Of a stretch of DNA of 64,000 bases, positions 62,982 through 64,000 are shown piece by piece (within the stretch, counting starts at the first letter, position 1; every line of letters begins with the position of its first letter). The DNA lies in NCBI GenBank assembly GCA_965248695.1, contig CBDFKD010000002.1, positions 1,920,001 to 1,984,000 of the forward strand, given 5' to 3'. Position numbers and translations under genes: made by a program. Below the pieces are notes generated by a model, which did not search any database, was not told where the DNA came from, and saw only the letters and a list, made by a program, of their open reading frames with translations. This stretch comes from Acidobacteriota bacterium. Its GTDB lineage: Bacteria; Acidobacteriota; UBA890; WLXD01.

Positions 62982-64000
62982 ACGCAGGATGCCAGTTGTC
63001 CGGGCCGCGTCGCCGTCGTGGGCGGGCACATCAATGCCGAGTGCGGCGGCAAGCAAACCGTAGACATCGACAGCCTCGATCGCAGGCACGGTGACGCCGC
63101 GCGCAAAGGCTGGCCCGGCCGCCACGAAGACTGCCTGCATATCCGGATGCGTCGGATCCTGACCGTGATCACCGGCGATCATCTGGTCGCCCCAGCGGTC
63201 CCGTAACGAGCGCGTGATGACCTCCCATCCAACATCCGGCACTGCCAGTATCGGCGGCAACCGCGGCTGGTCGTACAGGTGCAGGCGCTCCGGCAGCTCG
63301 TCGCGACGATAGACGTGCAGGTTAGGGTGAGCGCCGGCAAGCGCGTCGTAGATCAGCGTTTCGCGACCGTGGCGGGGAAACAACTGCAACAGCGCCCCCT
63401 GTTCGAAGAGCTCACCCTCCTCCAGTTCAACGAGATCGTCGATCAGAATCACGCGGTCGGGAGACATCTGCGCCATGCCATGGTCGGAAACCAGGACCAG
63501 GTTCGTCGATTGGCGCAGGTCACGCTCGTCGAGCCCCGTGAGCAACCGGCCGACCATCGCATCGACGCGCCGCACGGCCGCCAGCGTCTCGTCGGCAAGC
63601 GGCCCATGTCGATGGCCACTGTCGTTGGGTTCTTCGAAGTACAAGGCGATGAGCGATGGGCGGTCGCCGACCGGAAGATCGATCCATGCGAGCGCCTGAT
63701 CCACGCGGGCCTCGAACGAAATCCCGGCATCGAACCTGTTCCAGTGCGTCGGACGCACTCCTTGAATCGCTGCCTCGGAGCCCGGCCAGAAATAGACCGC
63801 CGACTTCAGTCCCTGTCGCTGTGCCACTACCCAGATCGGCTCGCCGCCCCACCATCGACCATTTTCTACCTCGCGCCTCTGGCTCAGGCCGAACGGCTCC
63901 GGCCAGCGCGGATCGCGAATATTGTTGGAGATGATGCCGTGGTGACCGGGGTACAGACCGGTCACCAAGGTGTAGTGCGCCGGAAAGGTCTTGCTAGGGA
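62979..64000 (-). CDS. Nucleotide pyrophosphatase/phosphodiesterase, alkaline-phosphatase superfamily (partial, starts beyond the right edge)
   Basis: PSKTFPAHYTLVTGLYPGHHG, WWGGEPIW, FWPGSE, SDHGM, GDHG. Confidence 0.92.
   Translation of the reverse strand, partial: PSKTFPAHYTLVTGLYPGHHGIISNNIRDPRWPEPFGLSQRREVENGRWWGGEPIWVVAQRQGLKSAVYFWPGSEAAIQGVRPTHWNRFDAGISFEARVDQALAWIDLPVGDRPSLIALYFEEPNDSGHRHGPLADETLAAVRRVDAMVGRLLTGLDERDLRQSTNLVLVSDHGMAQMSPDRVILIDDLVELEEGELFEQGALLQLFPRHGRETLIYDALAGAHPNLHVYRRDELPERLHLYDQPRLPPILAVPDVGWEVITRSLRDRWGDQMIAGDHGQDPTHPDMQAVFVAAGPAFARGVTVPAIEAVDVYGLLAAALGIDVPAHDGDAARTTGILR

Overview
High-GC bacterial chromosome window. The gene inventory (PDZ-GAF-PAS kinase, wHTH-TolB-TPR regulator, DUF5916 barrel, PD40 propeller) suggests Acidobacteriota, which is an inference. 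Core genes dominate both ends: tRNA-Gln-prs-rplY-pth-hppA-rpsF-rpsR-rplI, glyA, transaldolase, acyl-CoA carboxylase, holB-pdxA, smpB, folK-dnk, polA, galU, serS with two tRNA-Ser genes, and gltX. An accessory block (about 24.8-53.6 kb) encodes secreted hydrolases, an ABC exporter, a sigma-54 two-component locus and an IS3 element inserted in an amidase pseudogene. Four observations stand out. (1) A clean 497-bp inversion (26964-27460) breaks two adjacent genes; flipping it back restores both reading frames exactly. (2) A family of ~140-nt hairpin elements lies at the 3' ends of pdxA, smpB and polA. They share a conserved loop core but have unrelated stem arms, and two copies continue into a collinear, structured ~170-nt tail. 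(3) Three genes are each split by one in-frame TAG. (4) A MITE has termini that overlap the stop codons of two convergent genes. All calls come from reading the sequence by eye; no database searches were run.
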